DNA from: Candidatus Berkelbacteria bacterium
Lineage (GTDB): Bacteria; Patescibacteriota; UBA1384; XYA2-FULL-43-10; CAINNR01
Length of the DNA stretch: 35,672 nt
Assembly: GCA_037128645.1 (NCBI GenBank)
Contig: JBAXWD010000001.1
Coordinates: 1 to 35,672 of the forward strand
Direction: 5' to 3'
This document shows, in pieces, positions 33,811 to 35,672 of this stretch. A program made the translations under genes and the position numbers. The notes under the pieces were generated by a model. It ran no database searches and had not been told where the DNA came from. It saw nothing but the letters and a program-made list of their open reading frames with translations. How positions within the stretch are numbered: position 1 is the stretch's first letter; every line of letters starts with the position of its first letter.

Positions 33811-35427
33811 TTATTTATTAACAATTATATCCGACAAAAGACTGGATCCGGTCATTGACTGGGGTTTCGGGATACCTAGTAACTCGAGAATAGTTGGGGC
33901 GATATCAGCCAACGATCTTTTCGATGAGATCATTGAAGACAATATGTCACCAGACGAACTTGCCCCCTGATTTTTCCCTCTCAAGTCAGAACGGACCAAG
34001 ACAAAGGGGACCGGGCTTAAACTATGAAAAGTTTCTCGATCATGTCCGGTGGTAACTTGAATCATTTGTTCCGCATTGCCATGATCAGCAGTTACAATTA
34101 AAGTTCCGCCAACTGCTAGGACCGCTTCAGCAAGCTCTTTGAGAGCCTCATCAACAAATGTTACAGCTTGCGTTGTAGCTATTAAGTCTCCCGTATGACC
34201 AACGCTATCAACATTGGCGTAATTTACCAAAGCAAATTGAAATTTTTGGGAACGAACTGCAGCAACTAATTTTTTTGTGATTTCAGCGGCTTGCATCTGA
34301 GGCTTTTGGTCAAAACCTTTAATTTCGTCTGATTGTATAATCACTCTTTCCTCTCCGGGAAACGGTTCCTCGACTCCACAATTGAAAAAGTAGCTGATAT
34401 GAGGATACTTTTCGCTTTCAGCAATGCGAAATTGAGCTAACCCCGAATCAGATACTAATTTGCCCAAAGTGTTCCCAACTAGCTCGGGCGGAAATGCGAT
34501 ATGAGTTTTTGCTTCAATCGACGCTGGCAGGTAGTAAGAAGAAAACGAAGTAAAGTATATATTATTCGGAGCCGGATATTTTGCTCCCATATTATGCATG
34601 CCCAAGAGCGCCAAAGTTAGCTGTCTGGCTCGGTCGGGTCGATAGTTAAAGAAGATAACACTATCATTATTCAAAATTTTGGCCACAGGCCCACGATCAT
34701 TTTTAATCACTGTCGGCGGAACGTATTGGTCAGTAAATCCGTTTTTATATGAGTTTGAAATAGCTGCAGCCGCTGAAGGCGCAAAAATTCCAACACCGTG
34801 GATCATAGCCTGGAGTGATTTTGTAATATTTTCCCAATGATTATCACGATTCATAGCTAGATGCCGACCAGTAACAGTGGCGATTTCCCCAATCCCAATC
34901 TCTGCCATGACTTTTTGCAAGTGTACTATAAAATCAAGAGCGCTTGTGCTGTCGGTATCTAGACCGTCGGTGATAACGTGGATGTATACCTTGGGAACAT
35001 TGTAAAATTTGGCCAGACGCAAAAGAGCGTACAGGTGATCGATGTGGCTGTGAATACCGCCATCAGATACCAGGCCGATGAGATGCAATGATGAGTTATA
35101 ACTAAGAGCATTGCGACAAGCACCAACCAATGACTCATTTTGAAAAAAGGTTTTATTTATAATTGAATCAGTAATTCGTTCCAAATCCTGAAAAACAATC
35201 TTTCCGGCACCAATGGAAGAATGCCCAATTTCCGAGTTTCCAACCATTTTGTAATTTCCTGCTACCTGACGAAATGCCTGCAAAACTGCATGAGGGTAAT
35301 CACGCCACAGTGAGTTCATTGTTTTTGGAGACGACATTGAGATCGCATTTCCACCCCAAGCAGCTGACATTCCCCAGCCATCTAAAATGGCAAGAACTAT
35401 TGGCGAGTGTGAATTATTATTGTCCAT
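33811..35427 (-). CDS. gpmI: 2,3-bisphosphoglycerate-independent phosphoglycerate mutase
   Basis: LAILDGWG, MVGNSEIGHSSIGAG, GLVSDGGIHSH, TADHGNAEQM, HSLSPVPF. Confidence 0.88.
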   Translation of the reverse strand: MDNNNSHSPIVLAILDGWGMSAAWGGNAISMSSPKTMNSLWRDYPHAVLQAFRQVAGNYKMVGNSEIGHSSIGAGKIVFQDLERITDSIINKTFFQNESLVGACRNALSYNSSLHLIGLVSDGGIHSHIDHLYALLRLAKFYNVPKVYIHVITDGLDTDSTSALDFIVHLQKVMAEIGIGEIATVTGRHLAMNRDNHWENITKSLQAMIHGVGIFAPSAAAAISNSYKNGFTDQYVPPTVIKNDRGPVAKILNNDSVIFFNYRPDRARQLTLALLGMHNMGAKYPAPNNIYFTSFSSYYLPASIEAKTHIAFPPELVGNTLGKLVSDSGLAQFRIAESEKYPHISYFFNCGVEEPFPGEERVIIQSDEIKGFDQKPQMQAAEITKKLVAAVRSQKFQFALVNYANVDSVGHTGDLIATTQAVTFVDEALKELAEAVLAVGGTLIVTADHGNAEQMIQVTTGHDRETFHSLSPVPFVLVRSDLRGKNQGASSSGDILSSMISSKRSLADIAPTILELLGIPKPQSMTGSSLLSDIIVNK

Positions 35428-35672
35428 TTGACCTTTCGAATAAGCTATTTGATGTCATTTCTGCGGGTTTTGGTATGCCCATTATTTCCAGAATAGTCGG
35501 GGCAATATTGCAAAGCGCACCGGTTGAAATCATTTTCTTCCTAGCAACCTCCATCTCTTTAGAGATTATAACAAATGGGACCGGGTTAGTGGTGTGTTCT
35601 GTATTTGGCTGGTTTGTTTTTGGATTTATGCTTTCTTCGGCATTGCCATGATCTGAGGTTATGGCAATAGAA
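35417..35672 (-). CDS. second iPGM-family paralogue, C-terminal part only (N-terminus beyond the window end)
   Basis: Hand translation gives ...SIAITSDHGNAEESINPKTNQPNTEHTTNPVPFVIISKEMEVARKKMISTGALCNIAPTILEIMGIPKPAEMTSNSLFERSNGQ. The stop at 35417-35419 overlaps the gpmI start by 11 nt. Confidence 0.7.
   Translation of the reverse strand, partial: SIAITSDHGNAEESINPKTNQPNTEHTTNPVPFVIISKEMEVARKKMISTGALCNIAPTILEIMGIPKPAEMTSNSLFERSNGQ

Noticed and set aside
1-35672. CRISPR arrays, rRNA genes, IS-element terminal inverted repeats, and alternative genetic code (UGA recoding as in some CPR lineages)
   Set aside because: No regularly spaced direct repeats or rRNA-like sequence were seen. Several genes end at TGA in tight ATGA overlaps with the next gene (12950, 31148, 33219), and long ORFs are intact under the standard code. 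There is therefore no sign of UGA reassignment.

Overview
This is a 35.7 kb window from a low-GC bacterial genome (about one third G+C by eye). The core gene set is a compact fermentative one: leuS, tRNA-Ala, 2-oxoacid:ferredoxin oxidoreductase, acetate kinase, PduL and two iPGM paralogues. That set is consistent with a small-genome, CPR/Patescibacteria-like organism, but this is inference only. Core genes occupy the two ends: leuS at 1-2070, and tRNA-Ala plus the metabolic operon from 28788 onward. They bracket a roughly 26.7 kb accessory island with five modules. (i) A divergent XRE regulator and membrane-anchored PLD nuclease pair. (ii) A long minus-strand gene array. It starts with a PLD-SNF2 helicase translationally coupled to a 1160-aa N6-adenine methyltransferase. 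These are followed by a TM protein, a 1015-aa protein with no motif I recognise, an HNH nuclease and two more unknown genes. (iii) A mobilisation module: a VirD4/TraD-like coupling ATPase, a replication-relaxation family protein and a DUF2268-like metalloprotease. (iv) A clearly G+C-rich patch at about 21.1-24.4 kb with an ORF-poor, terminator-bounded segment, a DUF3768 gene and the target gene of a diversity-generating retroelement (DGR). (v) The rest of the DGR (TR, inverted Avd, frameshifted RT) and a large serine recombinase whose ORF runs into the antisense strand of tRNA-Ala. The strongest direct signal is the DGR. A 130-nt VR/TR pair sits exactly 560 nt apart and has 21 mismatches, 19 of them at TR adenines. 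Other notable items are a Nudix domain inserted inside LeuS, a G5-tract frameshift splitting the RT, and the uncharacterised genes downstream of the methyltransferase-helicase pair. All domain calls come from motif recognition by eye; no database search was run.
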